Of a stretch of DNA of 64,000 bases, positions 1 through 9,245 are shown in pieces. A program made the translations under genes and the position numbers. The notes under the pieces are model-generated. The model was given only the letters and a program-made list of their open reading frames with translations. It did no database searches and was not told the DNA's origin. Position 1 is the stretch's first letter. Each line of letters begins with the position of its first letter. Location of the stretch: assembly GCA_003554615.1 (NCBI GenBank), contig PWGX01000017.1, positions 7,532 through 71,531 on the forward strand, written 5' to 3'. The stretch comes from Syntrophomonadaceae bacterium (lineage in GTDB: Bacteria > Bacillota > Dethiobacteria > DTU022).

Positions 1-830
1 GACAGAAAGCGGTCGTTTATCTGCCCAGGGGGACGGCCAGGCCCAGGGTTGATGCTATCCTGGAAACCGGATCCGAGGCCGTTGTCACCGATATGAATTA
101 CGATGATACGGTCCGCCTGGCTATGCAAAAAGCGGATGAAAACGGCTGGTACCTGGTCCAGGACAGCGCCTGGGAAGGCTACACGGAGGTTCCGGCCTGG
201 GTGATGCAGGGCTACATGACCATGATCTATGAAGCCCTGGAGCAGGTAAATGAAAAAGGCCTGAAACCACCTACCCATATTTTCCTTCAGGCCGGGGTGG
301 GATCGATGCCGGCGGCCGTCCTGGGTTTCCTGGTTAACGACCCCGCTATAGAGCAGATCAAGGCTGTTATTCTCGAGCCGCACAACGCAGCTTGTATTTA
401 CCATTCCGCCGCCCACAAAGACGGAAAGCGGCATGCCGTAAAAGGCGACCTGCAGACGATTATGGCCGGCCTGGCCTGCGGGGAGCCGAACCTGATTGCC
501 TGGGATATCCTGAGGGATTTTAGCTATGCCTTTGTGTCCCTGGAAGATTATTTTGCAGCCAGGGGGATGAGGGTCCTCGGCCATCCGGTTGGAAGCGACC
601 CCCGCATTATATCCGGCGAATCGGGTGCTGTGGGCGCCGGCCTGCTTACCCTGTTGATGGAAAAGCCGGAGCTGGAGCCTGTTAAAGATCAGCTGGGTTT
701 TGATGAAGGCTCAAGGGTCCTGGTTTTAAATACGGAAGGAGATACAGACCCGGGCAACTACATTGATGTAACCTGGAACGGCAAATACTCCCTGCCGAAT
801 GGCAGGGAGCTGACCTATCACCTGGATTAA
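1..830 (+). CDS. dpaL: Diaminopropionate ammonia-lyase (PLP-dependent), 5'-truncated by window edge
   Basis: The reading frame is open from base 3. The sequence AVVYLP..VDAI..TDMNYDDTVRLA..GWYLVQDSAWEGYTEVPAWVMQGYMTM resembles the YgeX/DpaL family. Confidence 0.65.
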   Translation, partial: QKAVVYLPRGTARPRVDAILETGSEAVVTDMNYDDTVRLAMQKADENGWYLVQDSAWEGYTEVPAWVMQGYMTMIYEALEQVNEKGLKPPTHIFLQAGVGSMPAAVLGFLVNDPAIEQIKAVILEPHNAACIYHSAAHKDGKRHAVKGDLQTIMAGLACGEPNLIAWDILRDFSYAFVSLEDYFAARGMRVLGHPVGSDPRIISGESGAVGAGLLTLLMEKPELEPVKDQLGFDEGSRVLVLNTEGDTDPGNYIDVTWNGKYSLPNGRELTYHLD

Positions 831-871
831 TTGGTATGAAAAAATGCCGGCCCGATTATTACTATAAAATT

Positions 872-900
872 TTGACAAAGCTGGGTATTTAAAATATAAT
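872..900 (+). promoter_or_regulatory. Sigma-70 type promoter with perfect consensus, TTGACA-17 nt-TATAAT
   Basis: TTGACA lies at 872-877 and TATAAT at 895-900, with an exact 17-nt spacer. It sits about 170 nt upstream of the 1071 start codon. Confidence 0.6.
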
Positions 901-1070
901 GTAGTGGAGTTTAAAATTGTAAGATCAGAAAAGTAACTGGAAATAGTTCGGCAGGTAGCGGCCGCCTGCCCGGCTAAAAAAAGAGAGAGATTAACCGGCC
1001 GCCGGCAATTAACAGGATGGCAGTAATTAAAAAGGTTGCCGCTATTTTTATCAGGGAGGAAGTGTATACC

Positions 1071-2153
1071 ATGAGGCCGAGTAATTTTGTAGCTCTGCTT
1101 GTTGTCTTCTTTTTTGTCCTTTCTTTATCCGCTCCTGTGCATTCGTTCTCCGGAAACATAAGGTATGACAAATATTACGATCTTGACGGAAAAATCCTGC
1201 TCAAGATCCAGACCGGCGAAAAGGGCTCATCGCCGGCCCAGCATAAAACCCTCGTGGAAGGCAGGGGGGCTTTTAAGCGTGATGAGTCGATTTATCTTGA
1301 TCCCGGTGAAATAAAGGTCAGGGCTGATAGTAACTGGGATGTTGACGACAGGCACCTGCGGGGACTTTCTGTAGGCTCGGCAGTTAAACTTAACCCTGCC
1401 TTAGCCGGCCTACCTGACGATTTGGCTGAACAGGTTTTTGCCGTCAAGGTGGATTCAGATCCCGGCGAGGAAGGCCATCTGCGCCAGGATTGGAGCGCTT
1501 CCGACCAGGTTTACTTCGATGAAGAATTGAGCAGCATGTTTGTTATCGATCAGGACGCATTTACTTCCGGTGGAACAATGAAGCGGCGTATTGATTTAAT
1601 TTGCCCTGCTACCGGAGTATATCTTTTCGAAGACGCTGAAATTGACGGGTATGCAAGAGTAATAGACTCGCTCCAGCCTGCGGCTGAAGAAGACGGGGGC
1701 GATGAAGGTGATCATGAGGGCAATACAACAGATGAAGGTGAGCAGGAAGAAAACGGTTCCGGCGGGGAAGAAGAATTTTTCACCACCGCCGCGGAAACAG
1801 AGCCGGATGCATATAATCCAGAAGGTAACTCCGAAGATAATTCGGAAGACAATCCTGAAAATGTCCCCGAGGAACAGGCCTTTGTCTTAAAAAGCGGGGA
1901 ATTTGAAAGCACGGTACCCACAGACACCCGGGTGGAAGATCTTGACCTTGATCGGACCATCAGCATCACTGCGGAAGTAATCGAAATTACCGGTATCAAA
2001 GTTAAGTGGGACAGCCAGTCTGTGCCCGCTTATGATCCTGAACAGGAAGGCAGTTATATCTTTACGGGACAGCTCCACTTTCCCGAGCACATCATTGCTC
2101 CCGACAACATGGTTCTCCTTTACACCGTGCATGTAGTTGATAAAGCGGAGTAG
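1071..2153 (+). CDS. Secreted hypothetical protein: signal peptide, conserved DPGEEG/GGTxKR/DGYARV module, acidic linker, C-terminal Ig-like domain
   Basis: I chose the ATG at 1071 because it follows the SD AGGGAGGAAG, rather than the track start at 1017. The N-terminus MRPSNFVALLVVFFFVLSLSAPVHS looks like a signal peptide. An E/D/N/G-rich linker follows, and VKWDS..YDPEQEGSYIFTGQL looks like a bacterial Ig-like fold. The protein is a paralog of 51545-52375. Confidence 0.7.
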   Translation: MRPSNFVALLVVFFFVLSLSAPVHSFSGNIRYDKYYDLDGKILLKIQTGEKGSSPAQHKTLVEGRGAFKRDESIYLDPGEIKVRADSNWDVDDRHLRGLSVGSAVKLNPALAGLPDDLAEQVFAVKVDSDPGEEGHLRQDWSASDQVYFDEELSSMFVIDQDAFTSGGTMKRRIDLICPATGVYLFEDAEIDGYARVIDSLQPAAEEDGGDEGDHEGNTTDEGEQEENGSGGEEEFFTTAAETEPDAYNPEGNSEDNSEDNPENVPEEQAFVLKSGEFESTVPTDTRVEDLDLDRTISITAEVIEITGIKVKWDSQSVPAYDPEQEGSYIFTGQLHFPEHIIAPDNMVLLYTVHVVDKAE

Positions 2154-2154
2154 G

Positions 2155-3414
2155 TTACATTATCTCGAATACCTGGTACATGGGCGAATAAATGGAGACT
2201 ACAAGCAGGCCGATAAAGAAACCGACAATTAACAGCAGGGCCGGTTCAAGAATGGTGCCCAGGCGCTCAACTACGAAAGCTGCTTCTTTTTCATAAAAAA
2301 GCGCCGTCCTGCTGAGGGTGTCTTCAAGGGCTCCCGTTTCTTCACCGATGCGGACCATTTCCGTCAAAAGAGCGGGGAAATACCCGTCTTTCTGCATTGG
2401 CCCGGCCAGAGATTCTCCCCTGTTCAGGGCTTCGCCGAGGATGGATATTGAATTTGAGAGGACGGTGTTGTTAACCACCCGATCTGTAAGTTGCAGGGCG
2501 CTGTGCAAACTTATACCGCTTGCCAGCAGGGTGGACATGGTCCCGGCAAACCGGGCGGCGGCAATTTGGGTGTATATTTTACCGAAAAAAGGCAGATGGA
2601 GGCGCAGGCGGTCAATTTTTCGCCTGCCCTTTTCTGTTCTGATCAGGTAAGCGGTCCCGATGACAAGGAAAGCAAGAACTAGTGGCAGTAAGATCCGGTA
2701 GCGGGAAATGGTTTCGGTCCATGACAGCAGCAAACGGGTGAACAGAGGCATCTCCACTCCCATGGCTTCAAAAATTCCGGCAAACTGGGGCAGGACAATA
2801 ATAACCATTACGGCCAGGACGGCCACTGATACAAGGACAATAAAGGATGGATAAAGGGTGGCCGAACGGATCTTTGCGACGAAATCATGTTGTTTTTCGA
2901 AATGATCGGCCAGTTTTTCCATAATTAGATCGAGTTTCCCGCTGGCCTCTCCTGCTTCCACCATGCCAACCATCACAGGTGGAAAGCTGTCTTGTCCACC
3001 CTGCATGGCAGAAGAGAGGGCCTCGCCCCGCTCAACTTTCAGGGCCGACAAACTAATCTGCCTTTGCAGGGAGGCCAGTTCCTTTTGCCCAGACAGGATC
3101 CTGAGGCAGTGCACAACACCGATCCCGGCCTGAAGCATGGTTGCGAACTGCCTGCAGAAGATCATCAACTCCCGGCTGGTATATGAGCGGTATCCAATCC
3201 TGTGCAGGGCCTTCAGAAAAGCTTTTTTGAACACCCCCTGCCAAGGAGCTTGTTCCTTAAGTCCAAGCAGAACCAGGTTGCGTTCCTGCAGCTGCTCGAG
3301 GGCTTTATCTCTATTTGCCGCGGTTATTTCCCCGCGTATTTTCTTGCCGTCCCAGCCTACAGCGGTGTACCGGTACTGAACAGCCACATAACCATCCCCT
3401 TCTATACCTTGCAT
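2155..3414 (-). CDS. pilC: Type IV pilus assembly platform protein PilC (GspF family)
   Basis: The 419-aa product has a duplicated T2SS-F domain architecture with three TM regions, as is typical of PilC/GspF. It is adjacent to pilMNO. Confidence 0.85.
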   Translation of the reverse strand: MQGIEGDGYVAVQYRYTAVGWDGKKIRGEITAANRDKALEQLQERNLVLLGLKEQAPWQGVFKKAFLKALHRIGYRSYTSRELMIFCRQFATMLQAGIGVVHCLRILSGQKELASLQRQISLSALKVERGEALSSAMQGGQDSFPPVMVGMVEAGEASGKLDLIMEKLADHFEKQHDFVAKIRSATLYPSFIVLVSVAVLAVMVIIVLPQFAGIFEAMGVEMPLFTRLLLSWTETISRYRILLPLVLAFLVIGTAYLIRTEKGRRKIDRLRLHLPFFGKIYTQIAAARFAGTMSTLLASGISLHSALQLTDRVVNNTVLSNSISILGEALNRGESLAGPMQKDGYFPALLTEMVRIGEETGALEDTLSRTALFYEKEAAFVVERLGTILEPALLLIVGFFIGLLVVSIYSPMYQVFEIM

Positions 3415-3433
3415 GATAAATTTAATGGTGCCT

Positions 3434-4012
3434 CTACAGCTCCGGCCATCTTAATAACGGTTCTAATTCAGCGGGATCGATGAAAAACAGCTCCAGGTCC
3501 AGGTCAACTTGGTCCATGTTATCGCTACCGCCGGACCAGGTAATAGAGTCAATCCTGATCAGGTAGGACAGATTAGATACCTGTTCCAGAAAGGATTCAA
3601 TTTTTGACGAATGGGCGGACAATGAAAGGGTAATTTTTACTTTGCCGAATGACTGATACCGGGTTTGCTCCCCGGCTCGGATCTTGTGAACGGTCGCGGG
3701 TAAGCGGTCTACAGCCTCTTCAAACTTGACCAAAGCAAAGGGCAATTCCTGTTTGAGGGGAATAAGCATTTCCAGGCGCGCTTTTTCCCCGGATAACCGG
3801 TCCCGTTCCGGTCCGATTTGTTCAGCTTCGGCCTTAACAGCCACTAACTGTTCTTTATCGCTGCGGGTCTCGATTAACTGTTCCCGCAGCTCCCCGGCTT
3901 CATGAAAATGATCTGCCGGGATGTTAAGAGCAACCAGGCCAAAAATGACCAGGGCGGCAAAGTACTTCAACCACCGGCCGGCTCTTCTGACCGCAGGTTT
4001 TGAATTGTTCAT
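3434..4012 (-). CDS. pilO: PilO-like pilus assembly protein
   Basis: The product has a single N-terminal TM segment (YFAALVIFGLVALNI) followed by a coiled-coil region. Its position after pilM-pilN and its 4-nt overlap with the upstream gene support the call. Confidence 0.55.
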   Translation of the reverse strand: MNNSKPAVRRAGRWLKYFAALVIFGLVALNIPADHFHEAGELREQLIETRSDKEQLVAVKAEAEQIGPERDRLSGEKARLEMLIPLKQELPFALVKFEEAVDRLPATVHKIRAGEQTRYQSFGKVKITLSLSAHSSKIESFLEQVSNLSYLIRIDSITWSGGSDNMDQVDLDLELFFIDPAELEPLLRWPEL

Positions 4013-4575
4013 TCTGTTCCACCCCCGTTTCCAGTTTCTCCGGCGGCCGACAGCTCAAAAAAGTAGCCTCCTTTGGGACTACGGTGGACAGAAAGGACTT
4101 CGGAAGAAAAAAAGCAGGACTCATCTTCCAGAGCCGAGCTGAATAAAGCTATGTTATCCATGTCTCTGCCCCATCCTTTCAGGTACACGTTACCCTCCCG
4201 ATCGACAGTCAATGTTTTCAATTCAAGGCGGTGGCTGGAAGCCAGTTGTCGAACGACAGTAAAATACTCCTGGGCCGAGGGTAAAGATTGAAGCAGATCC
4301 TGCTCCAGGTTGAACCTGGCCCGAAGCAGGGCTGTTTCTTCGGCCAGTTCCAATAGAGGCGCAACTTCTTCCCTGAGTTCGCTTACAATGGCGGTTTCTG
4401 ACGCCAGCTCCCGCTTCAAGCCGTCCGTGTAAACTAGGGCTGCATAGAACGCGCTACCAAGCAAGCAGCAGCCTAGCAAAGCGGAACATATTTTTAAAAA
4501 AGCCGGGCTTAGCAGGCGGCGGGAGGCGATATACTCGGGCGTCCGCAGGTCAATTTCAAGGGTCATTTCAGCCAC
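4009..4575 (-). CDS. pilN: PilN-like pilus assembly protein
   Basis: The product has a short cytoplasmic N-terminus, one TM segment (ICSALLGCCLLGSAFYAALVY) and a periplasmic-type domain. It overlaps pilM and is translationally coupled to pilO. Confidence 0.55.
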   Translation of the reverse strand: MAEMTLEIDLRTPEYIASRRLLSPAFLKICSALLGCCLLGSAFYAALVYTDGLKRELASETAIVSELREEVAPLLELAEETALLRARFNLEQDLLQSLPSAQEYFTVVRQLASSHRLELKTLTVDREGNVYLKGWGRDMDNIALFSSALEDESCFFSSEVLSVHRSPKGGYFFELSAAGETGNGGGTE

Positions 4576-5657
4576 CCCCTGAGGGCTAACCCGTGGGCGG
4601 CGGAAAAGATAGTGTCCTGATAGCCGTTTTTGGATCCGGTGAGTTGTTCATTCCGAGCGGGAGCCAGATCATGGACCGGGTTATATAAGCGGGACTTTAA
4701 ACCAAGTTCTTGATGCAGATAAGCGGTCAGCCCCGGAATTAAAATGCCGCCCCCGCTTACATCCAAAACGGCCGGGTTTACCGGCTCGTTTTGTGACAGG
4801 TCGGACCAGTAGGCCAGGGTCTCGCTTATTCCCCGGGCCAACCTGGAAGCTTCGGCCAGGAGGCCCTTCTCAGCCAGCGTGCCCCGGCTGTAAACCAGGC
4901 GCAGGGCTGCTTTCAAATCACCTTTCCTGTCGGAGGCGATCGCCCGGTAAAAGTGGCCGGCTCCCAGGTTGAGAACGCGGTGAAAGCAGTAGCGCCCCTC
5001 TGAAGCAAGCATAAGCAGGGTGGAATTGCAGCCGCAATCAATAAACAGCGCATGTTTACCGGTTTCGGTATTCGAAAGCGGCTGCCGGAAGTTGATAGAA
5101 CGCAGCAGGGCGGTCAAGGGCATTTCCAGTGAGACTGGGTTAAAACCGGCTTTTTGAACTAACCCGGTGTAAAAATCGGCAGTTTCTTTCCGGGCTGCAG
5201 CAATTAAGTAGCGGTCGATTCTCCGGCCCCGGTTCGATTCGGTGCCAATCCACATCCAGCTGACCACAGCCTCTTCAATTTCAAACGAAAAAAGGTTCCC
5301 GGCCTCCCACAGGACGGCCGCTTTTAGATCCCTGGTTTTTAACGGGGGCAGGGAAACCGTGCGTGTATAACAGGTTCGGTTGTCCATGGAAAGGCAGGCC
5401 CGGCTGCCGCGCCATTGGTGCTTATGCTTCGCCTGCCTGAGCTGTTCCAGCAATTGCTGCGGCTCGATAACATGTTTGCCCTGGGCTGCTTTCAGCGGGG
5501 TGGGAAAATGGCATTGATCATGAACAAAGCATCTGCCTCGCTGTTGTTTCAACTGAAGCATTTTGACCCGCCCGCTGCCGAGGTCAATGCCGATCGGTGA
5601 ATATTTTCCCCTGGTGCGACGGTGTGATGCGGCTGAAGCGTTAATTATGGTCATCAC
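4563..5657 (-). CDS. pilM: Type IV pilus assembly protein PilM (actin-like ATPase fold)
   Basis: The sequence IGIDLGSGRVKMLQL is the N-terminal ASKHA phosphate-1 motif. The 364-aa length and pilMNO gene order also fit. Confidence 0.8.
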   Translation of the reverse strand: MMTIINASAASHRRTRGKYSPIGIDLGSGRVKMLQLKQQRGRCFVHDQCHFPTPLKAAQGKHVIEPQQLLEQLRQAKHKHQWRGSRACLSMDNRTCYTRTVSLPPLKTRDLKAAVLWEAGNLFSFEIEEAVVSWMWIGTESNRGRRIDRYLIAAARKETADFYTGLVQKAGFNPVSLEMPLTALLRSINFRQPLSNTETGKHALFIDCGCNSTLLMLASEGRYCFHRVLNLGAGHFYRAIASDRKGDLKAALRLVYSRGTLAEKGLLAEASRLARGISETLAYWSDLSQNEPVNPAVLDVSGGGILIPGLTAYLHQELGLKSRLYNPVHDLAPARNEQLTGSKNGYQDTIFSAAHGLALRGWLK

Positions 5658-5726
5658 TGCGGTAGTTGCTCTCCTTTCAAAAGTGGGTATTTTGTTGTAC
5701 GCTGGTTTGGCTTAACGGTTCCTGTC

Positions 5727-6236
5727 TCAGTGGTAGGGGATTATCCTGTACCACTTGAGGATATAAACCCGGCCCTGCTCATCTTGCTCCACCGCCATGC
5801 TCATGGCCTTGCTGTGTTCGCCAAGGGTTCCCACACAGCGGATAAAACGCCCTGTGTCCTCCTCTTCATAATACTCTTCTCTTGGTTTGTCTTCATGGTT
5901 TTTGCTGTAATGCCGGTATTCATCGCTGAAGTAAACCGTAAAGGTGCCGCCACCCAGGGTTCCGTCTAACTCACCGTCATAATAAAAGTCTTCTTTGAGG
6001 ACGGCCAAGCCTGTTTCCAGGCCTCCCTCGACGATGTAATAAAGGCGGATATCGCTGTTGTTGTAAGCGGTAATTAAAGTTTCGTTGACCGCAAAAGCGA
6101 TTACGGCTGCCCCAAGAACCATCAGGGTGGCGGTGAAGATTAAAACCAGGGCCAGTGCCATCCCACGATCACCTGACCAGAGGCTGTTAATTTTTCTAAT
6201 CATCACCGGAATCACCGCTTTCCTGGTCCGCTCCAT
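5727..6236 (-). CDS. PilX-N-like minor pilin / pilus-associated protein
   Basis: The hydrophobic N-terminus SGDRGMALALVLIFTATLMVLGAAVIAF resembles the PilX N-terminal domain. The true start is likely the internal Met at 6203, which gives an 8-nt overlap with the upstream gene. Confidence 0.55.
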   Translation of the reverse strand: MERTRKAVIPVMIRKINSLWSGDRGMALALVLIFTATLMVLGAAVIAFAVNETLITAYNNSDIRLYYIVEGGLETGLAVLKEDFYYDGELDGTLGGGTFTVYFSDEYRHYSKNHEDKPREEYYEEEDTGRFIRCVGTLGEHSKAMSMAVEQDEQGRVYILKWYRIIPYH

Positions 6237-6777
6237 CCGGCTGGGACCGGGGCAAATTACGGGGCCTTACTGCCCCGGTAAGGACAACCCCGTTGGGGCT
6301 TTCTCCGACCCTGATCGTAATTAAGACGGTTTCCTGTTCATCAATTACAAATTCCAGGCCGGTTATGCCCAGGGCGACGACGTTGGTGGACCGGATGGAG
6401 TTATTGCTGTCCCGGCGCCGGTCAAAATGAAGCTGGGTGTCGTTAAGGCGAAAACTGTGCCTGGTAGATGTCCCGGCCACGTTGATCCTGAAGTAAATGA
6501 TTTCGCCGGGCAGATCGGGACTGCACCCGGTTTGATCAATGCTGCATTTGACCAGGTGGGCGTACTGCAGCTCCCTGATCATCTTGTCCAGGGCGATCCG
6601 GGCTGTTTGCTGGTGTTCCATCCGTTTGACGCTGCGGTCCCAGGTCTGCAGGCCATATAAATAGAATGAATAAAGGGCGGAAATAACCAGGCCGAGCAGG
6701 GCAAAGGCAACCATCATTTCCACCAGGGTGAAGCCGTTTTCGAGGTGCTTTAACTTATGCAATGTTGATACTTTCAC
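6196..6777 (-). CDS. Prepilin-type N-terminal cleavage/methylation domain protein (minor pilin, PilW-like)
   Basis: The class III signal peptide is readable as ENG|FTLVEMMVAFALLGLVISALYSF. Confidence 0.8.
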   Translation of the reverse strand: MKVSTLHKLKHLENGFTLVEMMVAFALLGLVISALYSFYLYGLQTWDRSVKRMEHQQTARIALDKMIRELQYAHLVKCSIDQTGCSPDLPGEIIYFRINVAGTSTRHSFRLNDTQLHFDRRRDSNNSIRSTNVVALGITGLEFVIDEQETVLITIRVGESPNGVVLTGAVRPRNLPRSQPDGADQESGDSGDD

Positions 6778-7202
6778 CTTCTTGCCAGCCTGCTTTCCAG
6801 GCTTTCTGAGCGTTCGCCTGGACCTGACGTCCAGTAGACAGTTACGGTTACAGACAGGATCTCAGCCCCGGGAGGCAGGGATTCAACCGCGGGATCAACA
6901 ATGCCTACTTCGGTAACCCGCCGGAACAGGGGCTTTCCGGGAATGTTATCCTCGATATGGGGGCTGCCGGTTTTTAAGATATAAAAATCGTAGACCTGGT
7001 CGAAGTGATCGGCCTTGACGGTTTCCATTTTTTCGCGGCACAGGCTGATGGCGGCGCTTTTTTCCCCCGCACCGGCGATTGAAGAAAAACTGCTGTTAAA
7101 CAGCGTAAATAAAGGTGCCGCCACCAGGCCCAGAATGGCCACAGCCACCAGCAGTTCAATCAAGGAATAACCACAGCTACTAATAAAAGGCTTTTTTTTC
7201 AC
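6774..7202 (-). CDS. Prepilin-type N-terminal cleavage/methylation domain protein (minor pilin, PilV-like)
   Basis: The gene has a GTG start. The class III signal peptide is readable as SSCG|YSLIELLVAVAILGLVAAPLF. Confidence 0.8.
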   Translation of the reverse strand: MKKKPFISSCGYSLIELLVAVAILGLVAAPLFTLFNSSFSSIAGAGEKSAAISLCREKMETVKADHFDQVYDFYILKTGSPHIEDNIPGKPLFRRVTEVGIVDPAVESLPPGAEILSVTVTVYWTSGPGERSESLESRLARR

Positions 7203-7337
7203 AGACGTGTTCCTGTTTCAATTAATTTTTATTTTTTAAAGGTGTCAAGCAGGGCTGAATGCTCAGGCGGGAAACATTTTCACCTGGATACCGAACTTAC
7301 GCCTAAAGGGGAGCAATCTACATACCGGGCTAAAAGG

Positions 7338-8141
7338 TTACAACAGGCTGGTATACCAGTCCCAGATCTGCTCACCCCACAGGATCTGGATCAGGGTGGC
7401 CATAGATAAAAAAGGGGCAAAAGGCAGGGCGTCTTTCCTGGTCAGCTTTCCGGTGGCCATGAAAGCGAGGCCGGTTAAAGCGCCGAACAGGAAGCCGAAG
7501 AGAAGGACTGCCGCGGTGCCGCGCAGCCCCACGTAAAGGCCTATTAGAGCCATCAGCTTTATATCACCGGCACCCATGCCGCCGCGGCTGACCAAAAAAA
7601 TGATCAGCATGATTCCGCCCCCGAGAAACATTCCAAACAGGGCCTCACTGAAGGCCCTTTCACTGATCAGGGCCTCCGGTACCGGCAAGAAGCCGGACAG
7701 GAGCCCGGGTAGATAAAAAATGAAGCCAATACAAAGGCCGGCTCCAATTAGGATATTGGGGACAATCCGGTGTTCCAGGTCGATCTGGGCAATGCCAAAA
7801 AGCAGGAACAGGAGAGTGGTATAAATGAAAAACTCCAGGGAGAGGCCGTAAAATAAATAAGTAAGCATGAAAAGAATACCGGTCAGCAGCTCCACCAGGG
7901 GATAGCGGAAGCCGATCTTGACCCCGCAGCTCTGGCAGTGCCCCTTCAAGATCAGGTAGCCGACAACCGGGATCAGCTCCATGGCTCCCAGTTTTTTCCC
8001 GCACTGGGGACAGCTTGATGGCGGGCTGGTAAGGGAAAGTTTTTTAGGCAGGCGGTAGACCAAAACATTTAAGAAGCTGCCGAAACAGAGGCCGAGAATG
8101 AAAATAAAGGCTGTTAGAAACGTATCCTGGGGGTTAAGCAA
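7338..8141 (-). CDS. pilD: Prepilin peptidase / N-methyltransferase (A24 family) PilD
   Basis: The product is a polytopic membrane protein with the N-terminal Cys motif CPQCG..CQSCG. It also carries the GMGAGDIKL aspartyl-protease motif. Confidence 0.9.
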   Translation of the reverse strand: MLNPQDTFLTAFIFILGLCFGSFLNVLVYRLPKKLSLTSPPSSCPQCGKKLGAMELIPVVGYLILKGHCQSCGVKIGFRYPLVELLTGILFMLTYLFYGLSLEFFIYTTLLFLLFGIAQIDLEHRIVPNILIGAGLCIGFIFYLPGLLSGFLPVPEALISERAFSEALFGMFLGGGIMLIIFLVSRGGMGAGDIKLMALIGLYVGLRGTAAVLLFGFLFGALTGLAFMATGKLTRKDALPFAPFLSMATLIQILWGEQIWDWYTSLL

Positions 8142-8276
8142 TTTGTGGGGTCCGCTCCTTTCAGCCTGTGATAATTCTTACCCAACCCGATAATGATTAT
8201 TCGACATCCCGGGGCTTATTCCTGCATATATAAACGCTATCAGTTAAAAATAGTTTAAAATCACAATTCTGAACCT

Positions 8277-8304
8277 TTGCGTATAGAAATCGCTGTGCTA
8301 TACT
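8277..8304 (+). promoter_or_regulatory. Candidate promoter for aroE-pilB operon (TTGCGT-16 nt-TGcTATACT extended -10)
   Basis: TTGCGT lies at 8277-8282 and TATACT at 8299-8304, preceded by TGc. It sits in the divergent pilD/aroE intergenic region. Confidence 0.45.
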
Positions 8305-8342
8305 AATGTGTAATCATTTTTCAAAAAGGCCGGTGAGCGGTA

Positions 8343-9194
8343 TTGCCGATTGATGCCAGGACCAGGTTCTACCTTTTACTGGGCAACCCCGTGGAGCATT
8401 CCCTTTCCCCGCCGATGCACAATGCCGCTTTTGCCGCCTTGAGCCTGAACTGCGTCTATTTGGCCTGCCCGGTGGATAATGAGCGCATCGGGGCGGCTGT
8501 GGAGGGCATGAAGGCTCTTTCTACCGCGGGGGCCAACGTGACCGCACCTTTTAAAGAAGACGTAATACCACACCTTGATTCGGTTTCACCGGAGTCGGAA
8601 CGGGTTCAGTCCGTCAATACCATCATCAACCGGGACGGTATGCTATACGGTGCCACCACGGACGGGGAGGGATTTTACCACTACCTCGGGCAGGTGGATC
8701 CTTCCTACAGTCCCGGGCAAACCGTGATGGTGGTCGGGGCAGGCGGGGCGGCCCGGGCGGTGGCCTACATCCTGGCCCAAAAGGGGGCCGGAGAAATTAT
8801 TATCGCCAACCGTTCCGAATCCAGGGGCAGGTCCCTGTCTGAACTGCTGTCCGAAAAAACACCCCTGCAAAATTGCAGTTATATATCCCTGGACGGGTGG
8901 TCCATGGGTGAGGCTTTAGCCCGGTGCAAACTGGTGGTATACAGCCTTCCCTTTGATGGGCCGGAATTTAGCGATGCTCTCGCCAAGACGGCCGGTTTGA
9001 ACAGCAACCAGCTGCTGCTTGACCTGCGCTATAAGCCGGAGCGAACCGGGATAATGACGGAGTTTGAACAGAAAGGGGGGTGTGCTTACAACGGCCTGGG
9101 AATGCTTGTTTGGCAGGCCGTAAAGTCTTTTGTAATGTTCACCGGTCAGGAAGCCCCGGTGGAGGCCATGCAGAAGGCGGCGGGCATCCGGTAA
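8343..9194 (+). CDS. aroE: Shikimate dehydrogenase
   Basis: The gene has a TTG start. The motifs LLGNPVEHSLSPPMHNAAF, NVTAPFKE and the GAGGAARA NADP-binding loop are all present. Confidence 0.9.
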   Translation: MPIDARTRFYLLLGNPVEHSLSPPMHNAAFAALSLNCVYLACPVDNERIGAAVEGMKALSTAGANVTAPFKEDVIPHLDSVSPESERVQSVNTIINRDGMLYGATTDGEGFYHYLGQVDPSYSPGQTVMVVGAGGAARAVAYILAQKGAGEIIIANRSESRGRSLSELLSEKTPLQNCSYISLDGWSMGEALARCKLVVYSLPFDGPEFSDALAKTAGLNSNQLLLDLRYKPERTGIMTEFEQKGGCAYNGLGMLVWQAVKSFVMFTGQEAPVEAMQKAAGIR

Positions 9195-9245
9195 TTGAAG
9201 CCGTCGATATGATCCAGACCCATCTAAGAAAAAGGAGATACAGCT

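Noticed and set aside
901-1070. The leader of the secreted-protein gene could be a c-di-GMP or other riboswitch.
   Set aside because: I could not find the conserved cores of the c-di-GMP-I/II classes as I remember them, or of other classes I can recall. I kept it only as an unexplained structured leader.
974-1171. A 65-aa - strand ORF spans the leader and start of the secreted-protein gene.
   Set aside because: It overlaps the better-supported + strand gene and its SD. It has no SD of its own and is the reverse translation of a signal-peptide region.
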